The notes beneath the pieces were generated by a model. That model saw nothing but the letters and a program-made list of their open reading frames with translations, ran no database searches and was not told where the DNA came from. The position numbers and the translations under genes were made by a program. From Okamejei kenojei (taxonomy: Eukaryota), in assembly GCA_035221665.1 (NCBI GenBank), contig CM069131.1:106826001-106890000 (forward strand): a DNA stretch of 64,000 bases. The letters run 5' to 3'. Shown in pieces: positions 1-13,290 of the stretch (position 1 is its first letter; the number at the start of each line of letters is the position of its first letter).

Positions 1-410
1 AGGGAGAGGTTAAGCAGGCTGGGACTATTCCCTGGAGTGCAGGAGGATGATGGATGATCTTATAGAGGTGTAGAAAATCATGACAGGAATAGATCAGGTA
101 GTTGCACAGAGTCTCTTACCCAGAGTAAGTGAATCGAGGACCAGATTTAGGTTTAAGGTGAAGGGGAAAATATTTAATAGGTATCTGAGGGGTACAATTT
201 TCAAACAACGGGTGGTGGGTGTATGGAACAAGCTGCCAAATGAGGTAGTTGAGGTAAGGACTATCCCAACGTTTAAGAAGCAGTTAGACAGGTACATAGG
301 ATATGGGCCAAATGCAGGCAGGTGGGACAAGTGTAACTGGGACATGTTGACCAGTGTGGGCAAGTTGGGCCAAAGGGTCTGTTTCCACACTGTATCACTC
401 TATGACTCTA
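1..410 (+). mobile_element. CR1-type LINE 3' fragment
   Basis: Encodes the CR1 ORF2 C-terminus (ESRTR..FKVKGK..FKQRVVGVWNKLP..VV) followed by a typical 3' tail ending in ctctatgactct. Confidence 0.85.
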
Positions 411-1957
411 AAATAGGTGTTTCATATATATGGAATAAAATTGAATATTTTGTTTTATCTCAAGAGTATGCTTTATTAAATTTCTCTTCATTTTGTGTTA
501 TCAGCAAAATAGATAAATTTGCAACATAATTGCTTGTCTTATTTAATGAAAGTAATATTTACTGGCCCAGACATTTAATTATTTGGGAAATGCTGCACGT
601 TTTTCCAGTTGTCAAATTTCTGCCATGTTGCACTAAATGGAATTGGATAACTTGATTTGTTTTGGTGATTCCTCAAGGGAGGAATCATGGTCAAGAAACA
701 GAGACATTTCTGGTCAGCTTTAAACAGTCGAACAATCTGTCACATCTGTTTAACAGCTCACCTGACTCTTAGCACCCCTATCAATATATCACTTCCAGCT
801 TAGATTATTCATTACGGTTTTGGTGTTGGATTAAATACTATAAACCCACCCAAGCAATACAGTCTCTCATAGTATGTGAGTCTATTACAGCAAGGTTTCA
901 ATATAAAGTTTAAATAAAATACCATGGTGATCAGACACATTTCAATTAATAGCTTTAATTATGTAATATTCATGTAGAATTTACAAAATATATTTTCAAA
1001 CCACGTTAATCTATCGTTGTCTGACATGACATGTTGCTCTCAATTTCCAGAATGTGCCAACATATCTGTCTCCAAGATTAGGGACCCTTGAATTAAAATA
1101 GAGCAGACATTCATGATTCGTCTATTTGTAACCAGGCATGTTATAGTGAGTGAAGCTGTGCAAGGTCCTCGATCACAAAGTTTTTAAGGAACATATATTT
1201 CAAAGTACAGGGAACTATCCGTCAGAGATAAAAAGATAATGGAGCTACCACCCTTATCAATGTTTAATTGGAGCCCTGAGTGGCGAGTTTAAATTTATGA
1301 TGCATTTTTTTCCAGTATGTTCTTGGTGAAATCAGAATCATGATATAGGGACCATGGCTATGATAGAACTGCCAGGTACATGATTTAATTTGAAATGTAT
1401 GTGAGCGCTCCTTGCAGGTAAAGTTATCATTCATGAAAACTTGTTTAGATCAACTATACTATTCATGAAAAGCAGTTTGATCTATAATGTCCCCCCCTTT
1501 AGCAGTAAAGGGATATAACATGGATATGATTTATGTTTCAAAAGGACAGAACAGGTACAATAAAAAGGCAACAATTATATTTGAACAGTACCACCTGCAG
1601 AATCTAAACATAACTAAAACTCTGATCTTGTTATCTTCCAGTTTGGCGGTCATTCTATTTACGCAAAAAGGGTTTGAGACAGCGCTATGATTTTTCGCCA
1701 GTTCACTCACCGTTCTCCAATGCTGTGATTGCACCAAGTTTCGTTCCAATCAGTTGAATGTCGTAAAAGATAGCGAGGTTTAAAAATCTTAAAAATAGCA
1801 CGTGCGCAGATCAATCTCTTCTCCTGCCTTCCAGCGCCGCGCGGATTAGTCTCTTCCCCTGCCACTCCCCGGGTCGGTCCACCCCTTCCTACGCCATCGC
1901 GTCTTTAGAAGAGTTGCGGATGGCTGGCGGAGGTTTCCAACCGGACTTAGGGAGTGA

Positions 1958-2028
1958 CCCCAAGCAGCAGCCAGCCCCAAGCAGCAGCCCAGCCCCAAGC
2001 AGCAGCCCAGCCCCAAGCAGCAGCCCAG
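1958..2028. repeat. 18-bp tandem repeat (CCCCAAGCAGCAGCCCAG), about 3.5 copies
   Basis: Directly visible; explains the QPQAAA and GCCLGL pseudo-ORFs. Confidence 0.9.
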
Positions 2029-2227
2029 CGTCAAAGACCTGACCCAGCCCAGCCCAGAGTGGGAGACACAGCCGTGTCCAGGGTCGGAGACCCAGCCCAG
2101 CCCAGAGGCGGAGATATCGCCAATGTCGCCAAAGCGGAAAGCAGAAACTCTGATCCTGGTGGAAGAGAACGATAAGCAACCAGCACCCGCTGTGAGTCCC
2201 CATTGCACCACCAATTCCAGCCACTAC

Positions 2228-2665
2228 CCCCTAGCTGGCTCCTCCCACTCCCCGCCCCCCATGATGCCCACCTCTCTTCCCCATCTTTTCTCCGAGCTCA
2301 CTACCCCCCCGCCCACACAACCCCACGCTCCCCCACACATCTACCCCCCCACACACACACCCCGCACACCACGACCACAACACACCCCGCCACCCACAAC
2401 CCCCCCCCCCCACAACCGCACCTCTCACACAAACCATCCTCCCACAACCCCCCCACAAAGTCCCCCTGCCCCCACAACGCCCCCCACTGCCCCCACACAC
2501 ACCCACCCACATACATCCCCCCACACACACTTATCCCCTCCCACCCTCACACATCCCCTTCCCACACACACACTCTCCCCCACACACCCCCCTCCCACAT
2601 CCCTCCTTCCCCTCCCACACCTCTCCCGCCCACGTACACACCTCCCCCCACCACACATCCTCCCA
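2228..2665. repeat. C/A-rich low-complexity tract (G-rich on minus strand)
   Basis: Runs of CCC and CACA over about 440 bp. Confidence 0.9.
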
Positions 2666-2667
2666 GG

Positions 2668-3607
2668 ATTTAGATGAGGGAATTAAACGTGAAATCTCCA
2701 AGTTTGTGAATGACACAGCTGGGTGGCAGTGTGAGCTGCGAGGAGGATGCTATGAGGCTGCATGGTGACTTGGATAGGTTGGGTGAGTTGGCAGATGCAG
2801 TATAATGTGGATAAATGTGAGATTGATGGGAAGAACAGGAAGGCAGATTATTGTCTGAATGGTGTCAGATTAGGAAAAGTGGAGTTGCAACGAAACCAGG
2901 GTGTGCTTGTACATCAGTCACTGAAAGTAACCATGCAGGTACAACAGGCAGTGAAGAAGGCTAATGGCATGTTGGCCTTCCTTGCGAGAGGATTTGAGTT
3001 TAGAAGCAAGGAGGCCCTACTGCAATTGTACAGTGCCCTGGTGAATATTGTGTGCAATTTTGGTCTCCTAATTTGAGGAAGGACACTATTGCTATTGAGG
3101 GAGTGCAGCGTACGATCACCAGATTAATTCCCGGGATGGCGGAACTGACATAAGATGAAAGAATGGGTCGAATGGGCTTGTATTCCCTGGAATTTAGAAG
3201 GATGAGAGGATCTTATAGAAACATATAAAATTCTTAAAGGATTGGATAGACTAGATGCAGGAAAAATGTTCCCGATGTTGGGGGAGTCCAGAAATGGGCC
3301 ACAGTTTAAGATTAAGGGGTTGGCCATTTAGGACTGAGATAAGGAAAAACTTCTTTACCCAGAGAGTTGTGAATCTGTGGAATTGTCTGCCACAGGCGGC
3401 AGTGGAGGCCAATTCACTGGATGTTTTCAAGAGAGAATTAGATTTAGCTCTTAGGGCTAAAGGAATCAAGGGAAATGGGGAAAAAGCAAGAATGGGGTAC
3501 TGATTTTAGATGATCAGCCATGATTATATTGAATGGTGGTGCTGGAGCGAAGGGCAGAATGGCGTACTCCTGCACCTATTTTCCTTAGAAAAATTCTATT
3601 TTTCTAT
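2668..3607 (+). mobile_element. 5'-truncated CR1 LINE (degenerate RT and 3' tail)
   Basis: WQMQYNVDKCE, QVQQAVKKANGML and FFTQRVVNLWN motifs; 3' UTR ending cctgcacctattttc. Confidence 0.9.
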
Positions 3608-4127
3608 CCGTGTCCTCCAGAGTCTGAAGAAGGGTCTCAATTCAAAATGTCGCCTATCCATGTTCTTCACAGATGGTGGTTGACCTGCTGAGTTACTCCA
3701 GCGCTTTGTGTCCTTTCTTGCTCTGGTATAATCTAGAATATTTAGACTTTGATGATCCTTAATGATTAACACCATGAAAACTAAGATTGGGCAATTTAGC
3801 AGAGGTTAAGGCAAGGAAGATGCCTGGTCATCAAACTTCTGAAATTCATTTAGGAGAGGAAGAACTATAGCAAGTGTCTATCACACCAATAATTCTGGTG
3901 GAGAGCTGCTTACTGACTGTCACCAAGGCCATTGCGCAGCTAACGGAGGAATAGTAATTTCTAATTTGACCATAATTCCTTTGGTCAATGTGTAGAGTTG
4001 GTGGAGATGGAGACAGCACCATGTGTGAAATCTGTGACCTTGTGTGGGGAAATACACCAGCAACCTTGCATCACTTTGTACAGAGTGCGGTGAACCAATT
4101 CCAAATGCAAAAATCTTGCAGAATTAC

Positions 4128-4282
4128 CTTCTAAAAGTGGTGGCTCATCATCAGTTCCTCCATATATGGTGGATATTGGGCCGAATGGAGTGTAGATCTC
4201 AGATGGTTGTAAGAAATGTCCTGCATAGAGTTCTGAAGTCTGTGTCAATGCTGAGGGAACAAATACTTTGGGCTCAAACTCA
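4128..4282 (-). CDS. YIPF7: YIPF7 (YIP1-family Golgi/ER protein), second coding exon
   Basis: Acceptor tcttacag, donor gtaatt; 155 nt; translates EFEPKVFVPSALTQTSELYAGHFLQPSEIYTPFGPISTIYGGTDDEPPLLE (YIPF5/7 hallmark DEPPLLE); phase 2 in and phase 1 out fits the upstream exon. YIPF7 preferred over YIPF5 because GNPDA2 is the neighbour. Confidence 0.85.
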
Positions 4283-4759
4283 CTGTAAGACAAACATAAG
4301 AGAGAAGCAGTCTATATTATAACACAACTTCAAACACTTGAAATAATTTATGTGGAAGGTAAATAGTTTTAAAAGGAAATAACAAATTAAGATGCAACCA
4401 ATTGGTGAATTTCCAGGATGATGCTTTGGAAAACTGGATAGAAACTATAAGCCTGCAATGTGAGAAAGTAACTTTCTGTGGGAGCGTGACTGACATTGTG
4501 GTATACTGTAAAGGTTTGATGGGTTGTAAAGGTCTCTTTATCCTGCTAAATAAAATATGAAAAAGCCAAAAATGCTGGAAGCACTTAGCACAACATTGAG
4601 GATCAGTAGAGAGAGGACAACAACTCAACAGCAGTGAAATAAGCTCCTGCTGTCACATTGGACTAACTACGATTATTAATTGGGCCATTCATAAACTTTC
4701 CGTGGGGCTGTATACTTTGAGACAATGAGGACAAATAGTATGGGCTGATCAACATGGTG

Positions 4760-5202
4760 TGAGCTATAGGGAGAGTTTGAGTAGGCTGGGTCTCTATTCC
4801 ATGGAGCGCAGGAGGATGAGGGGTGATCTTATAGAGGTGTACAAAATCATGAGAGGAATAGATCGGGTAGATGCAGAGTCTCTTGCTCAGAGTAGGGGAA
4901 TCAAGGACCAGAGGACATAGGTTCAAGGTGAAGGGGAAAAGATTTATTAGGAATCCGAGGGGTAACTTTTTCACACAAAGGGTGGTGGGTGTATGGAACA
5001 AGCTGGCAGAGGAGGTAGTTAAGGCTGGGACTATCCCATCAGTTAAGAAACAGTTAGAAAGGTACGTGGATAGGACAGGTTTGGATGGATATGGACCAAG
5101 CGCAGGCAAGTGGGATTAGTGCAGCTGAGACATTGTTGTGCGGTGTGGGCAAGTTGGCCGAAGGGCCTGTTTCCACATTGTATTACTCTATACTATGACT
5201 CT
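4760..5202 (+). mobile_element. CR1-type LINE 3' fragment (same subfamily as 1-410)
   Basis: GESRTRGHRFKVKGK..FFTQRVVGVWNKL motif and matching 3' tail. Confidence 0.85.
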
Positions 5203-5273
5203 AACACATTGTAATGATTGGGAGCAGGAACAGGCTATTCAACCCTTCTAGCTTGCTTTGTCATTCAATATGA

Positions 5274-7038
5274 TTATTTTCCCGAGGGCGGTGGTCGAGG
5301 CTCCCTCACAGCAAGCAGGTGTTGTCGACTTCTCCGGTATACCGCTCCCTCACAGTCAACCAGATACGACCGTGGCTCGTCAGTCGGGTTGATAACAGTC
5401 CCCAGACGGGAATGTCCAGTTGAACTTCGTAGGCGGACGACCTGACCCGGAAGTAGAGGCTTGAGTGGTCTGCTGGAACTGTCATATGACCGTTTCTGGA
5501 TATCGTGCTTCTCTTGTAGACGTTTCTGGATAGTGGCGGGCTTCAGCACCTGAGGAACCAGTTGCTGTTGTGCGATGGGTACCGGAGGCCTCGTCAATCT
5601 CGACTTCAGTTGCTGTGTTGGCGATCCCAAGGTTCCGTCCCTGGCAACATTTCTGAGATTCAGGAGATCGAGATAAACATCTGACTTTGAAATCTGTGCT
5701 CGCTCCAGCAAGTGTTTGGCGCTTCTGACAGCGTGTTCAGCGAGTCCAATACTCTGTGGATACTTGGAACTGCTCCTGACGTGCTGGAAGTTCCATTGGT
5801 CTGCGAAAAGCTTGAACATGTGGCTGGTGAACTGCCAACCATTGTCGGTTCTCAGGCTGACGGGAGCGCCAAAGGTAGAGAAGTGTCTTTTCAGCTTCTG
5901 GATGACCATCTCCAATGTGAGGGAGGTCAGTTTTCTAGTTCAAACCAATTAGAAAAGGAGTCGACTAGAACGAGGTTGTGCTTTCCGCACCATTCGAAAA
6001 TGTCTGCCACCAGCGACGTCCAGGGCAGAGCTGGTGGAGGTTGTTGCAGAAGGGGCTGCTGCTGCTGTTGCAAGGCTGTTGCAAGCGGGGCGGGAGGCAA
6101 TGCGGTCCCGAATGTAACTGGCCAATCCCGGCCAATAGAACAGACTACGAGCGATCCAAGATGAGCCTGAGATTGTGGTCGTGCTCTGTTGCATCTTTGC
6201 CATACACTAGGATATCGTCAACAATGATGGCACAAGGTAGGTCCTTGAATAATAGCTCCATAGTTCTTTGGAAGACTTCACTGGCAGAGTTGATTCCAAA
6301 TTGCATTCTCAGAAACTTGTATCTGCCAAATGGGGTGGCAAATGTGGTGAGGTTTGATGACTCCTCGTCCAGCGGTATCTGCCAGAAAGAGTTCTTTGCA
6401 TCGAGGACAGAGAATAGGGTGGCCGTTCCGACCTTTGCCGCAACATCCTCGACAGTCTTCATGTCAGGAACTGGGGCTGATCTCTGACAAAACGGTCCAC
6501 AAGCTGCAAATTTTCTGGACCCGCTGAGTGAATTCCCTGATCTTTTTGACAATAACCTGGGCAAGTTGCCCGTGACTTACAAGATTATTATTGACCCCGA
6601 GGTGACACCTGTCATCCGACCACCACACCGATTGTCATTTGCCATGACTGACAGGGTTCACTCTGCGCTGAAGGACATGGCCTCCACAGGCATAATTGAA
6701 GCAGTCAGTGACCCCACCGACTGGGTCTCAACCATGATTGCCACGGTCAAGAAGGGAAAAAATGAAATCCGCTTGTGTATCAACTCGAAAGAACTGAACA
6801 CTACCATTAAGCGCCCACACCATCCCACTTCTGACACCATGTACATGACTTCTAGACTCAGTATGTGATTCAAATACATCTTTAATCAGCACTGAAACTT
6901 AACAGCATAGAGGATGATTAGTTGTTAGTACATCCTGGCTGCTCCAACTGTCGGTGCTGGGAAATAGTGTTAGTATAAGTATTACAGTGGGGTGGAGTTA
7001 GAGATGCTGGCTGGTGTGTGATTGGTTAACATGCAACA
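5274..7038 (-). mobile_element. Rearranged Gypsy/Ty3 LTR retrotransposon remnant (LTR, PBS, inverted RT N-terminus, RT core, integrase)
   Basis: RT motifs VLDAKNSFWQIPL, TTFATPFGRYKF and IIVDDIL; integrase motifs FYWPG, LRTDNG and SSSKYPQSIGLAE; PBS TGGTGTCAGAAGTGGGAT at 6822-6839; TG..CA bounded LTR of about 199 bp at 6840-7038. Confidence 0.85.
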
Positions 7039-7114
7039 TCAATCTACACTAACCTTCTATAAATTGTAATGGTTTGGCAACAACTGCTTCTGTGGTAAAA
7101 AAAAATCCACAGCT

Positions 7115-7468
7115 TGAAGCCGCTGTTTGCAGTGCTTTTAACTGCGGGCGCAGCTGGGGACACCATCCAGAGCGGGATCCCTCGCCGGGGATCCCTGGAG
7201 AAGAGCTCCGACCGCCGGCCCACGGCCTACATCTTTTAAAGCCGCGGTCTGTGGTGCTTCTAACCGCGGGCGTGGCGGGGACCTACCATCCGTAGCGGGA
7301 TCCCTCGCCGGGGATCCCTGGAGAAGAGCTCCGACCGCCGGCCCGCAGCCTACAACAGCCTGAAGCCGTGGGCGCAGCAGGGACTTACCATCCGGAGCGG
7401 AATCCCTCACCAGATATCCCTGGAGGAGAGGTCTGACGGCCGGCCCAAGGCCTACGTCATCTTCAAGA
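7115..7468. repeat. GC-rich tandem repeat of about 120 bp (about 3 units) with internal GGGATCCC palindromes
   Basis: GCGGGATCCCTCGCCGGGGATCCCTGGAGAAGAGCTCCGACCGCCGGCCC occurs twice exactly and once diverged. Confidence 0.85.
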
Positions 7469-8279
7469 GATGAATGCTGTGGTGGATGTTTTGTGTTAAA
7501 TTTTTTTATTGTGTGTCCTTTTTTATTGTACCGCTGCTGGCAAGTTCATTTCACTGCACTTTATTGTGTATGTGATTAATCAATCTGACTATTGACTATT
7601 TGTATGTTCATTGTCTTCAGAAACTGTGTAAATTTCCCTCACGTGTTGGATAGTCTAGTGTATGGGGTGATCACTGGTTGGCGTGAACTTGGTGGGCCGA
7701 AGGGCCAATTTCCATGCTATGAATCTAAACTCTATAAAGTTCAAAGAGTCTACTCCGCATTCTCCGGCCTTCTCCCCATTACCTTTGACACCTCTACTAA
7801 TCAAGAGTCTTGTCACTCTGCGCCACTAAAATATCAATTGACTTGGCCTCCACAGCCGTCTGTGGCAATTAATTTCACAGATCCACCAGTCTCTGACTAA
7901 AGAAATTCCTCCATATCTCCTTTCTAAAGGTATGCCCTTTTATTCTGAGGCTGTTCCTTCTGGTCTTAGACTCTCCCACTAGTGGAAACGTCCTCTCCAC
8001 ATCCACTCTATCCAGGTGTTTCATTTTTCAGTAAGTTTCAATGAGGTTCCCCCCTCTTCCTTCTAAACTCCACTGAGTGCAGGCCCAGAGCCGCCATACG
8101 CTTATCATACATTCTACTGTATCTTTCAATCAATCAATCTACATCATCACAGAAAATACCAGTTAATGTCAAGTAAGATTTTCTTTCTACAAATCCATGT
8201 TGACTTTGATTGATCCCGTTTTCAAAACACTCTTCTATTATATATTTAATAGCAGACTCGTACATTCTGCAAACAATTG

Positions 8280-9130
8280 ACTTTGGATTGACGGTGCTGA
8301 AGTAGAGGTGGTTGAAAGCTTAAAATTCCTAGGAGTAAATATTACCAATAACTTCTCCTAGACCATTGATATTGAAGCAATGGCCAAGAAAGCACAACAT
8401 ACACTACTTCCTTAGAAGACTTATGAAGTTCAGAATGTCCCCAACAACTCTCACCAACCTCTACAGATGCAGCATGGAAAGCATCAGAATGCATCACAGC
8501 ATGGTTTGGAAATAGTGTTAACGAAGAAACTGCAGATGCTGGAGAATCAAGGGTTACACAAAAAGCTGGAGAAACTCAGCGGGTGCAGCAGCATCTAAGG
8601 AGCGAAGGAGATAGGCGACGTTTCGGGTCGAGACCCTTCTTCAGACTGGTCAGGGATCAGGGACTCCATACAAAACCGCAAGAAATTGTAGAGAATTGTA
8701 GAATCAGCCCAGACCATCACATGAACCAGCTTCCATTGACCATTTACACCTCATGCTGGCTCGGCAAGGTCACTAGCATTATCAAGGACGAGTCACACCC
8801 TGGCCACTCCCTCTTCTCCCCTCTCCCATCAGGCAGAAGTTATAGAAGTGTGAAAATGCACACCTCCAGATTTAGGGACAGTTTCTTCCCAGTTGTTATC
8901 AGGCCACTGAACCATCCTACCAACAAATAGACAGCAGTCCTGAACTACTATCTACCTCATTAGAGACCCTCGGACTATCTTTGATCAGACTTTACTGGCT
9001 TTATCTTGCACTAAATGCTATTCAACATTATTCCCTTTATCATGTATCTGTACACTGTGGGTAACTCGATTGTAATCGTGTATTGTCTTTCCTCTGACTG
9101 GTAAGCATGCAACAAAAGCTTTTCACAGTA
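8280..9130 (+). mobile_element. Rex-Babar/L2-like LINE 3' fragment interrupted by a Penelope-derived repeat (about 8517-8663)
   Basis: IIKDESHPGHSLFSPLPSGR..HTSRFRDSFFP C-terminal motif. Confidence 0.7.
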
Positions 9131-10499
9131 CCTAACCTAAACAAAACTAAACTCAATAAACTAAACTCAAACTCAGGACTAACCATTCTATGGTTCCCTG
9201 CTTTCTCTTTTAAAAATAATACTGGGGTTTATATTAGTTACTGTCCAGTCCATAAAAAAATAATCCAGTCCACAGAATCTTGGACAATGATCACCAATAC
9301 AAGATGCAAACTATTAGGTGCTGGGGATTTATTAACCTTTGGCCCCTTCCGTTTTCCTATTGATGCTGGCTTACTCCGCTGGATCTGAAGTTCCCTTACA
9401 TTTCTGGGAGTTTATTTGTGTCCTCATTTGTGAAGTTGGAAGCAAAGTACTTGTTCTATTCATCTGCCATTTATTTGTTGCCCATCATAAAATGCCCTGT
9501 TCCTGACTGTGACGGGGTTTCTGTATGTTTGCCTTCAATAACATTGTTGAGAGGAAGTTTTACAGTCAATGTTTATGTTCCCAGCAAGTTTATTCTTATT
9601 CAAGCTACTCTATTTTCCCCTTTTAATTAATCTTCACAAATTAACCCTTTTAATTAATCTTCAGACTAATGTACATGTCTTCTTCTTAGATCTAATTCTA
9701 TCCACAATTTCCTGTGGCAGCCATTGTTGGGCCTCTCTTGCTTTTTGTAATTTTGAACCGCTGATCTTAATTCCATCACAGGTACAATTAGTGCCATAAA
9801 AATACAGACTGCATCTCACTATATTGTGTTTAAGAAAGAACTGCAGATGCTGGTAAAATCGAAGGTAGACACAAAATGCTGGATAAATTCAGCGGGTGAG
9901 TATTGTGCATTGTGCATTGTTTTCTGCCACTTTTTAACCCTTTGCTCAATGTTCTGCTCTGTTCAATCTAATAGACAGCCGAACCCACAAAGTGGGAAGT
10001 CGCATAGATTTATTATTGTCTTATGTACTGAGGCACAGTGAAACGTTTTGTATTGCATTCTATCCTATCACATTAGAAAATACTATACATAAATACAATC
10101 AAGTCACACTGCAGTACATATCTTAAGCAAAGGGGAAATACAGAGTGCAGAATATAGTTCTCAGCCTTTTAACATAACGATTCCTGGCGGAAATAGCGAA
10201 AAGGTTGGTGTGGTGGTCAATGAGGGTGGCGACCGATGGACAAAGACGGACCATGTGGAGTGAGGACGCCGCTGCCAAGGGAAGGAATAATGGAGGACCT
10301 GGCGTGGGGGGACGCCATGAGTGATGGGGAGGGGGGAGAACAAACGCATACTCTGTAACTTTGTCAGCACCCTTCATGGGCGACTATTTGCATACCTTGG
10401 GTGTGCACCCAAAGAATTCCACTGTGATTTGTCACATGTGACAAAGTATTCATTCATTCATAAAGTAATCATTTTATAGACACAGTCCAATATCCATAG

Positions 10500-10957
10500 A
10501 ATGGACCGTCATATGTTGATAGAATGGAGCGGCTGGGCTTGTATACTCTCGAATTTAGAAGGATGAGAGGGAATCTTATTGAAACATATAAGATTATTAA
10601 AGGTTTGGACACGCTAAAGGCAGGAAACATGTTCCCGATGTTGGAGGAGCCCAGAACGAGGGGCCACAGTTTAAAAATAAGCAGTAAGCCATTTAGAACG
10701 GAGATGAGGGAAAAAAATTTCACACAGAGGGTTGTGAATCTGTGGAATTCTCTGCCTCAGAAGGCAGTGGAAGCCAAATCTCTGGAGGCTTTCAAGAGGG
10801 AGATGGATCTCTTAATGATAGAGAAGTGAAGGGATAGGGGGAGAAGGCAGGAACGTGGTACTGATTGTGGATAATCAGCCATGATCATAGTGAATGGCGG
10901 TGCTGGCTCGAAGGGCCGAATGGCCTTCTCTTGCACTTATTGTCTATTGTCTATTGT
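10500..10957 (+). mobile_element. CR1 LINE 3' fragment
   Basis: ERLGLYTLEFRRMRGNLIETYKIIKG motif; (ctattgt)n tail. Confidence 0.9.
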
Positions 10958-11497
10958 CAATATTTGCAATGAGGTGAATCGAACAGTATTTTATAGCTTA
11001 TGGGAGAACCATTCAGAAGCTTGATAACAGAGGGGAAGAAGCTGTTCTTGAGTCTGGTGGTGTGCTCTTTCATGCTATCTTCTGCCCAAGGGAACCAGGG
11101 AGAAGGAGGAATGATCGGAGGGGGGACATGAAAAGTCTTTGATTATGTTGATTATTTTCTAAGCAGTGTGAAATGTAGATAGGGTCAATGGTGGGGAGTC
11201 TGGTAAGTGGTATGGACTGGGCTATATCTACAACTCTTTGCAATTTCTTGCAGTCTTGGGAAGAGATGTTCCCAAACCAAGCTGTGATGCATCCTGACAA
11301 TATGCTTTCTATGGTGCATCTGTAGGTTTGTAAGAGTCATTGGAGACATGTCAAAATTCCGCAGTCTCTGAAGGAAGCAGAGGCGTTGATGTGCCTTCTG
11401 GGCTGTCACATCAATGTGGTTGGTCAACGACACATTAGAGATAATATTAATCTGAAGCAACTTGAAGCTCTCGACCATTTCCACTTCGGCATCATTA

Positions 11498-13290
11498 CAT
11501 AGAAACATAGAAACATAGAAACATAGAAAATAGGTGCAGGAGGAGGCCATTCGGCCCTTCAAGCCAGCACCACCATTCATTGTGATCATGGCTGATCGTC
11601 CGCTATCAATAACCCGTGCCTGCCTTCTCCCCATATCCCTTGACTCCATTAGCCCCTAGAGCTCTCTCTTAAATCCATCCAGTGATTTGACCTCCACTGC
11701 CTCTGTGGCAGGGAATTCCATATCCAAGGGATTTTCTCACCTCAGTCTTAAATGACCTCCCCGTTATTCTAAGACTGTGTCCCCTGGTTCTGGATTCACC
11801 CAACATAGGGAACATTTTTCCTGCATCTAGCTTGTCCAGTCCTTTTATAATGTTATATGTTTCTATAAGATCACCCCTCACCCTTCTAAACTCCAGTGAA
11901 TACAAGCCTAGTCTTTTCAACCTTTCCTTATATGACAGTCCTGCCATCCCAGGGATCAATCTCGTAAACCTACGCTGCACTGCCTCAATCACAAGGATGT
12001 CCTTTCTCAAATTAGGAGACCAAAACTGTACACAATACTCCAGATGTGGTCTCACCAGAGCCATATACAACTGCAGAAGAACGTCTTTACTCCTATACTG
12101 AAATCCTCTTGTTATGAAGGCCAACATTCCATTAGCTTTCTTCACTGCCTGCACGTGCCACATGCATGCCAACTTTCAGTGACCGGTGTACAAGGACACC
12201 CAGGTCTCGCTGTACCTCCCCCTTACCTAACCTAACCCCATTGAGATAATAATCTGCCCCCTTGTTTTTGCCGCCAAAATGGATAACCTCACATTTATCT
12301 ATATTATACTGCATCTGCCACGCATCTGCCCACTCACTCAACCTGTCCAGGTCCCCCTGCATCCTCCTAACATCCTCTTCACAGTTCACACTGCCACCCA
12401 GCTTTGTGTCATCTGCAAACTTGCTAGTGTTGCTCCTAATTTCCTCTTCCAAATCATTAATATATACGGTAAACAGATGCGGACCCAACACCGAGCCTTG
12501 CGGCACTCCACTCGCCACTGCCTGCCATTCTGAAAAGGACCCGTTCACTCCTACTCTTTGCTTCCGGTCTGCCAACCAATTTTCTATCCATGTCAACACC
12601 CTACCCCCAATACCATGTGCTCTAACTTTAGTCACCAGTCTCCCGTGCGGGACCTTATCAAAGGCTTTCTGAAAGTCTAGATACACTACATCCATTGGCT
12701 CCCCTTCATCCATTTTACTTGTCACATACTCAAAAAATTCCAGAGGATTAGTCAAGCATGATTTCCCTTTCATAAATCCATGTTGACTTGGACTAACACT
12801 TTTACTGCTATCCAAATGCCATAATATTACCTCTTTAATAATTGACTCCAGCATCTTTCCCACCACCGAAGTCAGGCTAACTGGTCTGTAATTCCCCGTT
12901 TTCTCTCTCGCTCCTTTCTTGAAAAGTGGGATAACATTAGCTATCCACCAATCCACAGGAACTGATCCTGAATTTATTGAACATTGGAAAATGATCACCA
13001 ATGCGTCCACTATTTCTAGAGCCCCCTCCCTGAAGACCCTGGGATGCAGACCATCAGGCCAGGGGATTTATCATCCTTCAGTCCCATTAGCCTACCCAAT
13101 ACTATTTCTCGCCTAATGAAAATTTCTTTCAGTTCCTCTACCCCCTTAGATCCTCTGTCCTCCAGTATATCTGGGAGATTGTTTGTGTCCTCCTTAGTGA
13201 ATACAGATCCGAAGTACCTATTCAACTCTTCTGCCATTTCCTTGTTGCCCATAATAATTTCACCCGTGTCTGCCTTCAAGGGACCCACAT
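11498..13290 (-). mobile_element. 5'-truncated CR1 LINE with a long RT reading frame, inserted in an older Rex-Babar-like LINE (about 11000-11497 and 13291-13560)
   Basis: 292-aa ORF 12132-13010 with NYRPVSLTS, YLDFQKAFDKVPH, GVPQGSVLGP and SKFADDTK; (CATAGAAA)n tail at 11498-11529. Confidence 0.93.

Larger units (their letters stand above)
1602..2665 (+). mobile_element. Probable non-autonomous Helitron-like repeat with internal minisatellite and C-rich low-complexity tract; 3' end not seen
   Basis: Begins a|TCTAAACATAACTAAAA (TC start after A, as in Helitrons); GC-rich interior with tandem repeats; cut off by a CR1 at about 2668; no CTAG end found. Confidence 0.35.

Noticed and set aside
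1846-2716. Many overlapping Pro/His/Thr- or Gly/Val/Cys-rich ORFs
   Set aside because: Products of a minisatellite and a low-complexity tract; no domain or splice support
4044-4322. Plus-strand ORF with CTECGEPI resembling a LIM or zinc finger start
   Set aside because: Antisense shadow of the YIPF7 exon; remaining zinc ligands are absent
6822-6839. tRNA-Leu 3' end as a tRNA gene
   Set aside because: Only 18 nt including CCA, adjacent to an LTR: a primer-binding site
7115-7468. Repeat-spacer appearance suggestive of CRISPR
   Set aside because: Intervening segments are homologous to each other, the context is eukaryotic and there are no cas genes
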